A DNA stretch of 24,640 bases from an uncultured bacterium. Its GTDB lineage: Bacteria; SAR324; NAC60-12. The DNA is taken from NCBI GenBank assembly GCA_965662235.1, contig CBFIGY010000039.1, positions 1 through 24,640 of the forward strand, given 5' to 3'. The translations under genes and the position numbers were made by a program. Positions 1 through 9,800 of this stretch are shown piece after piece (within the stretch, counting starts at the first letter, position 1; every line of letters starts with the position of its first letter). The notes beneath the pieces are model-generated. The model saw only the letters and a program-made list of their open reading frames with translations. It was not told the origin of the DNA and ran no database searches.

Positions 1-2
1 GG

Positions 3-1406
3 GTGCGGATGATCTGTGGCTTTGCCATGATGCAGGCCTTCAACATTGCGGTGGCCCTCTCGGTGACGCCGTTTCAGATGTGGAAGATTTCTCCGAACCT
101 GACCCTCTACTGCGTCCTGCCCATTGTCATCGCCTTCACCATTGTCCGGCTGGGAATGCGTGTGCTGGTGCGGAACATGAGGGCCCGGATGACTTCACTC
201 CAGAACCTCTCGGGCTTCACCGTCGCCTCGCTCTCCGGAATTGACGTCATCAAGAGCTACGAGATGCAGGCCTGGAACGTGGAGCGCTTTGAGCACTCCA
301 ATCAGGACATGGTGACCCGAGCCCTCCGCATCGCGTGGGTCCGTTCCTTCATCATGCCGATCCTGTCCAACCTAGAAAACATCCTCAAGCTGCTGATCCT
401 CGTTATTGGGGGGCAGATGGCGCTGCAGGAGCAAATGACCCTTGGTGAGCTGACGGCGTTCATCAGCTACGCCGGACTCCTCACCATGCCGCTGATGGCA
501 CTGGGATGGGTCACCACCATGATTCAGCAAGGACTCGTTGGCATCGCCAGCGTCCGGACCGTGCTTTCGCAGGAACGGCCTCATGTGGACACTCCGGACC
601 TCCCGGAAGCCGAGCGCACCGCACTCTTCACCCAAGGGGGCCTGAAGGTCCGCAACCTGTCCTACCGCTTCCCCGACGGTGCCACCGACGTCCTCCAAGG
701 GGTCAGCTTCGACCTCAAGCCGGGTCAAACCATCGGCATCCTCGGACGCATCGGGTCCGGAAAGTCCACTCTGGTGCAGTGCCTGAACCGCTACCTAGAG
801 GTGGAACCCGGTACCATCTCGCTGGGAAGTCAGGATCTGATGGCCCTCAGCTTTCAGGATGTCCGCCGGAGCATCCGGACCGTGACCCAAGAGCCCTTCC
901 TGTTCTCAGACACGGTCCGGGAAAACATCGGGTTTGCCCTTCCGGAACAGGAAGATCCGTTTCAGGGACGCTTTGAGACCCTGCTGCGGTCCTCAGCTCT
1001 GGAAGAAGAGGTCCAGCGGTTCCCCAAAGGCTCGGAAACCCTCGTGGGCGAACGGGGGATCATGTTGTCCGGAGGACAAAAGCAGCGCATCAGCCTGGCG
1101 CGTGCCATGAGTCAGCCCTGTGACATCCTCATCCTCGACAACGTTCTCTCCGCAGTGGACTACGACACCGAACGGTTCCTGCTGCAGGAAATCCACTCGC
1201 TCCTGCACCCTGCTCACGGGCGCCCGCCTCTGGTGAACGCCCTCGTCATTGTTTCCCACCGTGTGACGTCCATGGAGCAGGCCGACCACATCCTTGTCCT
1301 TGACGAAGGCCGCGTGGTGGACCAGGGATCTCATGCAGAACTGATCCGTCGCCCCGGGTACTACCAAGAGATGTGGCGTCTGCAAAACGAACCGATGGCC
1401 GCCTAA
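3..1406 (+). CDS. ABC exporter, fused permease/ATP-binding subunit (MdlA/YheI-like), 5'-truncated by the window edge
   Basis: TM helices followed by an NBD: Walker A GRIGSGKS, Q-loop VTQEPFLFS, signature LSGGQKQR, Walker B ILILDN-LSAVD, H-loop VSHR. The GTG at 3 is probably internal. Confidence 0.93.
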   Translation: MRMICGFAMMQAFNIAVALSVTPFQMWKISPNLTLYCVLPIVIAFTIVRLGMRVLVRNMRARMTSLQNLSGFTVASLSGIDVIKSYEMQAWNVERFEHSNQDMVTRALRIAWVRSFIMPILSNLENILKLLILVIGGQMALQEQMTLGELTAFISYAGLLTMPLMALGWVTTMIQQGLVGIASVRTVLSQERPHVDTPDLPEAERTALFTQGGLKVRNLSYRFPDGATDVLQGVSFDLKPGQTIGILGRIGSGKSTLVQCLNRYLEVEPGTISLGSQDLMALSFQDVRRSIRTVTQEPFLFSDTVRENIGFALPEQEDPFQGRFETLLRSSALEEEVQRFPKGSETLVGERGIMLSGGQKQRISLARAMSQPCDILILDNVLSAVDYDTERFLLQEIHSLLHPAHGRPPLVNALVIVSHRVTSMEQADHILVLDEGRVVDQGSHAELIRRPGYYQEMWRLQNEPMAA

Positions 1407-2707
1407 GAGGCTGCAGAAACGGGCTGAACGGGCTGAGGCTTCCGGGCCGCCCAGAAGCACACCGCCCCCACTCCCGCAGAGAGCGAAATCAGCTGAAACG
1501 CGAGCGAGTAGTTCCCCATCCGGTCCACCAGGATCCCTGACAGGACCGGCCCCCCCATGGTCCCCAGCATCACAATCATTGAGGAGAGGCCCATGATCAG
1601 TCCAAACGCCTTTGGCCCAAAGTAGTCCGCCCGCAGCGCCACCATCAACGGCCCCCGGATGCCCCAGGCCAGTCCGTGCAGCATGGCAAAGGCAAAGATG
1701 AAGGGAAGGTCCCGGAAGTACACCAGCAGGCTCAGCCCCAGCCCATGCGAAATCATGCACCCCACGCAGAGCAGGCGCTTGTCAAAGCGGTCCCCCAAGT
1801 ACCCGCCGAGGAGCTGCCCCGTGAACTGGAAGGTGCTGACGGTCGCAAACACCAGTCCGGCAGTGGTCAGGCTCATTTCCAAACCAGTGGTCAGAAACGG
1901 AATCAGGTGCACAATGACCGTGGAAACCGTGAGCAACGCAATGCCATGCCCTGCAGAAATCAGCCAAAAAGCCGGTGTGCGCAACGCTTCTTGCCAGGTC
2001 AGAGAAGGGGCGGTGCTGAAGCGGGAATCCGTCGAGGACGGTGCTGAAGGAAGGGCTCCGTCGACCACCGTGCCCTTTTCTTCCGGACGGTGTCGCACCA
2101 CCTGCACCAGCGGTAGGCCCAGGCCCAAGATAAGGATTCCGGACCCAATGGCCACTGCCCGCCAGCCATACTGCTCCATCAGAAAGGCAAGAACCGGAAT
2201 GCTGAGACCGCCAAACGAATACCCCATCTGCGACCACGCGACCGCCTTGGTCCGGTGCCGGCTGAACCAGTTCACCACCGACACCATCAGCGTGTGAAAG
2301 CCCCCCAGACTTGCCCCCAGGGAAATCAGCACCACCGTCAGGTAGTAGGTCCAAACGGAGTGGATCTGCGACAGCAGCAGCATTCCCACCCCATACATCA
2401 GCATCCCAATGGTCAAAATCCGCCGTGGTCCATAGCGGTCCACCAGCCATCCCTGGAAGGGGCCCAGCAGGCCACTTTCGACCCGGGTGAGCGCAAAGGC
2501 GACCGAAATCATCGTCATGCTCCACTGAAACTCCTGCTGGAGCAACACCGCATACGCGCCGTAAGACTGCATCCACAGCAGCGAGCCGAGGTACTGCACT
2601 CCCATGCCTGCCGCTACAATCCACCAGCCATAAAACCAGGTCCCGTTGGGCCGAAGCAGTTGATCCAATCGCTGAGGCAAGACCCCCGAAATTCCCTTAG
2701 CCAACAT
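1403..2707 (-). CDS. MFS transporter
   Basis: About 12 hydrophobic segments; motif A-like GWLVDRYGPRR and GYLGDRFDKR; N-terminal FYGWWIV. Start (ATG 2707 or TTG 2710) overlaps the marR 3' end, suggesting coupling. Confidence 0.9.
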   Translation of the reverse strand: MLAKGISGVLPQRLDQLLRPNGTWFYGWWIVAAGMGVQYLGSLLWMQSYGAYAVLLQQEFQWSMTMISVAFALTRVESGLLGPFQGWLVDRYGPRRILTIGMLMYGVGMLLLSQIHSVWTYYLTVVLISLGASLGGFHTLMVSVVNWFSRHRTKAVAWSQMGYSFGGLSIPVLAFLMEQYGWRAVAIGSGILILGLGLPLVQVVRHRPEEKGTVVDGALPSAPSSTDSRFSTAPSLTWQEALRTPAFWLISAGHGIALLTVSTVIVHLIPFLTTGLEMSLTTAGLVFATVSTFQFTGQLLGGYLGDRFDKRLLCVGCMISHGLGLSLLVYFRDLPFIFAFAMLHGLAWGIRGPLMVALRADYFGPKAFGLIMGLSSMIVMLGTMGGPVLSGILVDRMGNYSLAFQLISLSAGVGAVCFWAARKPQPVQPVSAAS

Positions 2708-3128
2708 CAACCGGTCCCGTGGCTTTTCGGGCCAGCTTGAGGAACGCCTGCTGCTCCTCCTCGCTCAATCCGGGAAGAATCTCCACCTGAACCGCCCGGA
2801 CCACAGGCAGAGCGGCTTGGAAAATCTTCAGCCCCTCTTCGGTCAAACGGACTTCCCGTGCACGACGGTCCCGCTTGCGTGTCAGCCGCCTCACCCAGCC
2901 CTTTTGCTCCAGCCGGTCAATCACGCCCCCAATCGTCGCACGATCGTAGGCAATTCGGGACGCAATGGTCGCTTGGTCAATTCCCGGGTCTTCGTGCACT
3001 GTGCTCATGGCCGCAAACTGAACGGGCGTCAGGTCCAGCCCGGCCTCCTTGACTCCCTGCTGAAACACATGCACCGAGGTCTGGTGCAGTCGCCGGATCA
3101 GGTGTCCGGCCATTTCATAAATCTCCAA
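2697..3128 (-). CDS. MarR family transcriptional regulator, probable regulator of the gentisate cluster
   Basis: GHLIRRLHQ...LTPVQF...DRATIGGVIDRLEQKGWVRR...DRRAR wHTH signature; TTG start with AAGGAG 8 nt upstream; divergent from the catabolic genes. Confidence 0.93.
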   Translation of the reverse strand: MEIYEMAGHLIRRLHQTSVHVFQQGVKEAGLDLTPVQFAAMSTVHEDPGIDQATIASRIAYDRATIGGVIDRLEQKGWVRRLTRKRDRRAREVRLTEEGLKIFQAALPVVRAVQVEILPGLSEEEQQAFLKLARKATGPVDVG

Positions 3129-3246
3129 ACGACAGGCTCCTTAACTTCGGGTTGGCTTCCTAGGGCTTCAGCCTCCAGAATTCCAACCCTTGTGTGGTTC
3201 ACCATCAGCGTGCTCCCTAAAATACAGACGGGGGCCGCTTTTTAGA

Positions 3247-3278
3247 TTGACGTCAAATAATAAGTATACAAATAATAT
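3247..3278 (+). promoter_or_regulatory. Putative sigma-70 promoter overlapped by a MarR-type operator
   Basis: AT-rich island in GC-rich DNA: TTGACG (3247-3252), -10-like AATAAT (3271-3276, 18-nt spacer), and imperfect palindrome ATAATAAGTATACAAATAAT (3257-3276, core GTATAC, 14/20 self-complementary). Confidence 0.6.
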
Positions 3279-3547
3279 GTGCGCTTGAGGATCCGGGTGC
3301 CGGGAATGCGTTTGGCTCCCTTGGCGTGTGAGCGTTCTCAGTGAGCCCGCTCTTGGGTCCGGATGCTGGCCGTTTTATGCTCGCATCTTGGACAGAAAAA
3401 GTAGAGACCGAATTAGCCGGTCGTCCGGAACATCAAGCGCCCGCCAACGGTTCACCGTGTCGCCCCGTGGCGTTCCCAACGCGCGTGGTGGCCCGCACGG
3501 AGCCTTCACCTCCCGCCCCTGGGCGGATCATTCAGGAGAGGACAACC

Positions 3548-4738
3548 ATGTCGGATCTTCCCATCATCATTGCCGGCGGTGGCATCGGAGGCCTCGCGGC
3601 CGCCTGTGGCCTCGCCCGGAAGGGTCATCGTTCTATTGTCGTCGAGCAGGCGGCTCAGCTTGGCGAAATTGGCGCCGGAATCCAGATTGCCCCGAACGCC
3701 TTCCACTGCTTCGACTACCTCGGCGTCGGCGATGAGGCCCGTGCGGTTGCCGTCTACATCGACCAGCTGCGGTTGATGGACGCCAAGACCGCGGAAGACA
3801 TTGCCTCCATTCCGCTCGATGAGCCCTTTCGGAAATTCTATGGCAACCCCTATGCCGTGGTGCACCGTGCCGACCTGCACGGTGTCCTCCTCCAGTTCTG
3901 TGAAGCCAGCCCGCTGGTGGACCTCCGGACGAGCCACGTGGTCACCGGATATGAGCAGGATGGAACCAGCGTCACGCTGCTGACTCAGAACCAGCCTCCC
4001 ATCAAGGGACGCTGCCTGATTGGCGCCGAAGGACTCCGCTCCCCCACCCGCGCTCAGATGATTGGCGATGGGGAGCCCCAGGTTTCCGGACACACCACCT
4101 ACCGGTCGGTGATTCCCGTGGAGCAGATGCCCGAAGACCTGCGCTGGAACGCGGCCACGCTCTGGGCGGGTCCCAAGTGCCACATCGTTCACTACCCACT
4201 GAAGGGAGGAAAGGTCTTCAACCTCGTGGTCACTTACCACCGGAACGTCAAGGAAGCCATCACCGGCAAGCCGGTTTCCAAGGAAGAGGTGGCTCAGGGC
4301 TTCGAGCACATTCACCCCAAAGCCCGGCAGGTCATTGAGCATGGATCCGACTGGAAGCTCTGGGTGCTGTGTGACCGCGAGCCCATTTCCAACTGGGTCG
4401 ATGGCCGGGTGGCGCTGCTGGGAGATTCGGCTCACCCGATGCTGCAGTACTTCGCCCAGGGGGCCTGCATGGCCATGGAAGACGCGGTCGCGCTGTCGCA
4501 CTGCGTGGAGCAATTTGACGACATCGAAGACGCGCTGCAGCGCTACCAGCACATGCGCAAGGTCCGGACCGCCCGGGTGCAAATGAGCTCCCGCTTGATT
4601 GGGGAATACATCTACCATCCGGCAGACGCCAAGGCCGATGTCCGGAACCACGTCATGCAGTCCCTGACCCCCACCGACTGGTACCACAAGCTCAACTGGC
4701 TCTACGGGTCCAATGGCTTGGAAAACCCGGTCCTTTGA
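3548..4738 (+). CDS. 3-hydroxybenzoate 6-monooxygenase (group A flavoprotein monooxygenase; MhbM/XlnD-like)
   Basis: GGGIGG FAD motif, EIGAGIQIAPNA, GD motif LLGDSAHPMLQYFAQGA, HIVHY (His/Tyr pair of 3HB6H); ATG 3548 after AGGAGAGG; adjacent to gentisate genes. The longer 3341 start in the ORF track is unlikely. Confidence 0.88.
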   Translation: MSDLPIIIAGGGIGGLAAACGLARKGHRSIVVEQAAQLGEIGAGIQIAPNAFHCFDYLGVGDEARAVAVYIDQLRLMDAKTAEDIASIPLDEPFRKFYGNPYAVVHRADLHGVLLQFCEASPLVDLRTSHVVTGYEQDGTSVTLLTQNQPPIKGRCLIGAEGLRSPTRAQMIGDGEPQVSGHTTYRSVIPVEQMPEDLRWNAATLWAGPKCHIVHYPLKGGKVFNLVVTYHRNVKEAITGKPVSKEEVAQGFEHIHPKARQVIEHGSDWKLWVLCDREPISNWVDGRVALLGDSAHPMLQYFAQGACMAMEDAVALSHCVEQFDDIEDALQRYQHMRKVRTARVQMSSRLIGEYIYHPADAKADVRNHVMQSLTPTDWYHKLNWLYGSNGLENPVL

Positions 4739-4855
4739 CTGCGCCGCTCTTTTTGTCCGTCAGCGGTTCTTCACCAGAAACCGTCAGGCGGACAACTGGA
4801 GCTTCAAGGCGTCACCAGCAGTGCGCCCTTGGCAACCTTCTTGACTGTGTGACCG

Positions 4856-5500
4856 ATGCTTCGACTCCACAACTTCTTCCGCTCCTCCACCTCCACGCGG
4901 CTCCGAGCCGCGCTGAACCTCAAGGGCCTGCCCTACACGTACCAGGCTTATGTGCTGCGGAACGGTGAAACCCGGACCCCCGAGTACCTGAAGCGGAACC
5001 CGCAGGGTCTGGTGCCGACGCTGGAGCGGGAGGATGGTTCCCACCTGATCCAGTCCCTAGCCATCATCGAATGGCTCGAGGAGACGCATCCGGAACCCCC
5101 ACTGCTGCCTGCTGACCCAGACGGACGAGCCCGGGTGCGGGCCCTGGCGTACATGATTGCCTGCGAAATCCACCCCCTCAACAACCTCCGGGTGCTGTTT
5201 CGCCTCCGGGACCAGTTTGGCGCCGATGAAGCTGCGCAGCAGGAGTGGTTCACGCACTGGGTCACACTCACCTTTGACGCCTTGGAAACCCTGCTTGCGG
5301 AAAGTCCGGAGACCGGGCGTTTCTGCCACGGCGACACCCCGACCCTTGCGGATGTCTGCCTCTATGCCCAGGTCTGGAACAACCGCCGCTTCGACCTGCC
5401 CCTTGACCCCTGGCCCACTGTGGCCCGCATCTTTGCCGAGCTGGATCAGCTGCCCGCCTTCCGCGAGGCCGCGCCTCCGCATCAGCCTGACGCCGCCTGA
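4856..5500 (+). CDS. maiA: Maleylpyruvate/maleylacetoacetate isomerase (GST zeta, NagL-like)
   Basis: NFFRSSTSTRLRAALNLKG, NPQGLVPTL, QSLAIIEWLEE, IACEIHPLNNLRV, TPTLADVCL; located in the gentisate cluster. Confidence 0.92.
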   Translation: MLRLHNFFRSSTSTRLRAALNLKGLPYTYQAYVLRNGETRTPEYLKRNPQGLVPTLEREDGSHLIQSLAIIEWLEETHPEPPLLPADPDGRARVRALAYMIACEIHPLNNLRVLFRLRDQFGADEAAQQEWFTHWVTLTFDALETLLAESPETGRFCHGDTPTLADVCLYAQVWNNRRFDLPLDPWPTVARIFAELDQLPAFREAAPPHQPDAA

Positions 5501-5521
5501 CCCTCAACCAAGGAGCCCGTG

Positions 5522-6622
5522 ATGTCGGAACCCCTCAACCATGAAACCGTCAACCACGCCATGCAACCTGAAGACAGCCCCGCCTTGCGGGCGCTCTACC
5601 AGGGATTTGCAGAAGCAAGCCTGATCCCGCTCTGGACCCAGCTGGGGGACCTGATGCCCACTCACCCGAAGCCACAAGCGGTGCCCCACGTCTGGCAGTG
5701 GGCCAAGCTGCTTCCGTTGGCTCAGCAATCTGGCGAGCTGGTCCCGGTGGGCCGTGGGGGGGAACGTCGGGCCATCGGACTGGCCAACCCCGGACTCGCC
5801 CCCCACGCCTACGTCAGTCCCACGCTGTGGGCGGCCATTCAGTACCTCGGCCCCCGAGAAACAGCCCCAGAGCACCGCCATTCCCAGAACGCGTTCCGCT
5901 TTGTTGTGGAAGGCGAAGGCGTCTGGACCGTCGTCAACGGAGACCCGGTACGCATGAGCCGCGGCGACCTGCTGCTCACTCCCGGATGGAACTTCCACGG
6001 TCACCACAACGACACCGATCAGCCCATGGCCTGGCTGGACGGGCTCGACATTCCGTTCAGTCAGCAAATGGATGTCGGCTTCTTCGAATTTGGCCCCGAG
6101 CAGCTTCCGGACTACTCAACGCCTCCGTATTCCCGTGGTGAACGCCTGTGGTGTCATCCAGGCCTGCGCCCCCTTTCTCAGCTGCAAAACACCGTTGCTT
6201 CCCCCATCGGCGCCTACCGCTGGGAGTTCACCGACCGGGCTCTGACCGAGCAGCTGCGGCTTGAAGACGAAGGGGCTCCGGCCACCGTCGAGCCCGGACA
6301 CGCGGCTATCCGTTACGTCAACCCCACCACCGGCGGAGACGTCATGCCCACGATCCGCTGCGAGTTTCACCGCCTCCGTCCCGGAACCGCCACCCCCGAG
6401 CGACGTGAGGTCGGCTCAACGGTTTTTCAGGTGTTTGACGGCAGCGGCGCCGTTGTTCTCAACGGAGAAACGCACTCCCTCGAGAAGGGAGATCTGTTTG
6501 TGGTGCCCAGCTGGATTCCCTGGTCCCTTCAAGCGGAAGGCTCCTTTGACCTGTTCCGCTTCTCCGATGCCCCCATCATGGAGCGGCTCCACTTCATGCA
6601 GACCGAAGTCCGCCACCCGTAA
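5522..6622 (+). CDS. gtdA: Gentisate 1,2-dioxygenase (bicupin; salicylate 1,2-dioxygenase-like subfamily)
   Basis: Fe-binding EHRH...FHGH, GGERRAIGLANPGL, WLDGLDIP, GDLFVVPSW; SD AAGGAG at 5510-5515 favours ATG 5522 (alternative GTG 5519). Confidence 0.93.
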   Translation: MSEPLNHETVNHAMQPEDSPALRALYQGFAEASLIPLWTQLGDLMPTHPKPQAVPHVWQWAKLLPLAQQSGELVPVGRGGERRAIGLANPGLAPHAYVSPTLWAAIQYLGPRETAPEHRHSQNAFRFVVEGEGVWTVVNGDPVRMSRGDLLLTPGWNFHGHHNDTDQPMAWLDGLDIPFSQQMDVGFFEFGPEQLPDYSTPPYSRGERLWCHPGLRPLSQLQNTVASPIGAYRWEFTDRALTEQLRLEDEGAPATVEPGHAAIRYVNPTTGGDVMPTIRCEFHRLRPGTATPERREVGSTVFQVFDGSGAVVLNGETHSLEKGDLFVVPSWIPWSLQAEGSFDLFRFSDAPIMERLHFMQTEVRHP

Positions 6623-6636
6623 CCGTCCTCTTCCCC

Positions 6637-6659
6637 CGGAGCCGAATGCCTCGGCTCCG
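6637..6659 (+). terminator. GC-rich hairpin after gtdA (possible terminator or mRNA stabiliser)
   Basis: CGGAGCCGA-atgcc-TCGGCTCCG perfect 9-bp stem; no adjacent U-tract. Confidence 0.4.
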
Positions 6660-6872
6660 CTGGCCTTCCCCCTGTCCGCCCCTCTTTCTTCCTGCACCCA
6701 GCTCCGGCTCACCGGCGCTTGGATGCGGACTCGTGTCCCCAACCCGAGGGTTTTGCTCGGAAACGTCCGGGAGCCTGTGCTACGATGGCTCCCTAGCGGT
6801 GCTTCCTGCCCACCCACCCGTCCGTTGACCAGAAACCTGCGGACGCCACTGCACTCACAAGGGGGATGAAAC

Positions 6873-9800
6873 ATGACACTCAGGAAGGTTTCACTCGAAG
6901 ACAAATACACGCTCGAATCCGGATACGCGTTTCTCACCGGCATCCAGGCCCTGGTCCGGCTTCCCATGGTTCAGCACCGGCTGGACCAGGCTGCGGGACA
7001 TCACACCGCAGGCTTTGTCACCGGTTACCGCGGTTCTCCCCTGGGCACGCTTGATCAGCAGATGCGCAAGGCAGAAGCCCTGCTCAAGCAGCACCAGGTT
7101 CGTTTCCATCCCGGAGTCAATGAAGACCTCGCTGCCACCTCCGTGTGGGGCACGCAGCAGGCTCACCTCTTTGGCGGTCAGAAGTACGATGGCGTCTTTG
7201 GCATGTGGTACGGCAAGGGACCCGGCGTGGATCGTTCCGGAGACGCCTTGCGGCACGCCAACTTGGCCGGGACCATGGCCCGCGGCGGTGTCCTGGCGCT
7301 GCTGGGAGACGACCACACCTGCGAGTCCTCCACCACGTGTCACCAGAGCGAATTCGCCATGATGGACGCGATGATCCCGGTCTTCAATCCCTCAGGTGTC
7401 CAGGAAATTCTCGACTACGGCCTCCTGGGCTGGGCGCTGTCTCGTTTCTCGGGAACCTGGGCGTCCCTCAAGTGCATCCACGACACAGTTGAGTCCACCG
7501 TCTCTGCCGAAGTAGACCCCGACCGCGTGCGCATTGTGCTTCCCGACGACCCGGAGTGGATCCATGCAGACGTCCACATCCGCTGGCCAGACACCCCGCA
7601 GGCGCAGGAAAAGCGACTGCACGAGGTCAAGCTCCCGGCCGTGATGGCCTTTGCCCGAGCGAATCAGCTGGACCGCGTGGTCTGGTCAGCTCCCGAGGCG
7701 ACCTTCGGGATCGTTTCCACGGGAAAGTCCTTCATGGACGTCCGGTTGGCTCTTGAAACCCTGGGGCTGGATGAAGCTCGGGCGCGGCACTTGGGGGTCC
7801 GGCTTTACAAGGTGGCTCTTTCTTGGCCTCTTGAACCACTGGGGCTCCGCGACTTCGCCCAGGGCCTGCGTCGGGTGCTCGTCGTTGAAGAGAAGCGGGG
7901 GTTGCTCGAACCGCAGGTCAAGGAAGCCCTGTACGGTCTTCCGGAGCCGCCTCAGGTGGAAGGCAAGCGAGACGCCTCCGGAGCCATTCTCTTCCCCTCG
8001 ACCATGGCGCTCGACCCCAACCAGATCGCCCTTGCCATTGGAGAGCGCATCCTTCAGCAGGCGCCTGACGAAGCGTTGCGCGCTCGGGTGGAGGAGCTGC
8101 GGCACGCCTTGGCTGCTGAACTTCCTCCTGAGCCGATGAGCCGGCTCCCGTACTTCTGTGCAGGCTGCCCACACAACACCTCCACACGGGTGCCTGAAGG
8201 AAGCCGGGCCCTTGCCGGAATCGGCTGTCACTACATGGCTCAGTGGATGGACCGCGGCACCGCTGGCTTCACTCAGATGGGCGGCGAAGGCGCGAGCTGG
8301 ATTGGGGAGGCGCTGTTCAGCAACACGCCCCACGCCTTCCAGAACATGGGCGACGGCACCTACTACCACTCCGGACTCCTTGCCCTGCGAGCCGCAGTGG
8401 CCGCCAGAGTCAATGTCACCTTCAAGATCCTCTACAACGATGCTGTGGCCATGACGGGTGGGCAGCCCATGGACGGTCCTCTGACGGTGGCACAGATGAC
8501 TCAGCAGGTCCTTGGAGAAGGCGTCCGCCGCGCCGTCGTGGTCACCGATGAGCCCGAAAAGTATGGTTCCGGCTCCGGATTGGCCAAGGGCGTCACCGTT
8601 CACCACCGCAAGGAACTCGAAGCCCTCCAGCGTGAGTTTCAGGACCTCAAGGGGGTGACGGTCATCATCTACGATCAAACCTGTGCTGCCGAAAAACGCC
8701 GCAAGCGCAAGCGGGGCGAGTTTCCGGATCCGGACCGACGGATCTTCATCAATGACGCCGTCTGTGAAGGCTGCGGCGACTGCGGGGTCAAGTCGAACTG
8801 CGTCGCGGTGCTGCCGCTGGAGACCGAGTTGGGCCGCAAACGCCAGATCGATCAGTCCGCCTGCAACAAGGACTACTCCTGCGCCAACGGACTCTGCCCC
8901 AGCTTCGTCAGCGTCCACGGCGGGACCTTGAAGAAGCGCAAAGCCGTGCCGATGAATGAAGCCGCCCCCGCGCTTCCGGAGCCCCCGCCCCTTTCCATCA
9001 AGGGGACTTACAACATTGTCGTCACCGGAGTTGGAGGCACCGGAGTGGTCACCATCGGCGCCCTCATCGGCATGGCCGCACACCTCGAAGGCAAGGGCGT
9101 GGGCATCATCGACATGATTGGCCTGGCTCAGAAAGGAGGCGCTGTCCTCAGTCACCTCAGGGTGGCCAATCGCCCTGAAGAGGTCCATGTTCCACGGATT
9201 GCCTCCCACTCGGCAGATCTGATTTTGGGCGGCGACCTCGTTGTCTCCGGAGGCAGCAAGGCCCTCTCCACCGTCCAAAAGGGCCGCACCCGGATGGTCG
9301 TCAACAGCTACGAAATGGTCACAGGAGACTTCACCCGCAATGCCGACTGGCTTTTTCCCAGCCTGGAGCTGAAGCGCAACATTGAAGCGATCGCGGGAGA
9401 CGGAAACGCCGAGTTCATTGACGCCACCCGCATGGCAACCCACCTGCTGGGAGATGCGATTGGCGGCAACCTCTTCTTGCTCGGATTTGCCTTTCAACGC
9501 GGATACCTTCCGCTGAGCGCGGCGTCTCTGGAACAGGCGATTGAGCTGAATGGGGTTGCGGTCGAAATGAACCTGCAGGCCTTCCGCTGGGGTCGGCAAG
9601 CCGCCGTGGATCTGGGCTCGGTGCGCAAGGCCGCGTTTGTCCCAGAATCCACGGCCTCGGCACCACCCAAGAGTCTGGAGGAATTGATTGCTCACCGGGA
9701 GCAGGAGCTGACGGCCTACCAGGGTCGAGGCTACGCCCGCCGTTACCGGAAGCTCGTGGAGCAGGTCCGTCAGGCTGAGCAGCGTCTGCCCCTGCGTTCA

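Noticed and set aside
3341..3547. N-terminal extensions in the ORF track (also 15446, 20065, 21491, 14591)
   Set aside because: Downstream ATGs match family N-termini, and most have a better SD.
7686..9695. Long antisense ORFs (669 aa here; also 15506-17059, 3506-4687, 19192-20193)
   Set aside because: Shadow frames of well-supported genes, expected with high-GC codon bias; no motifs.
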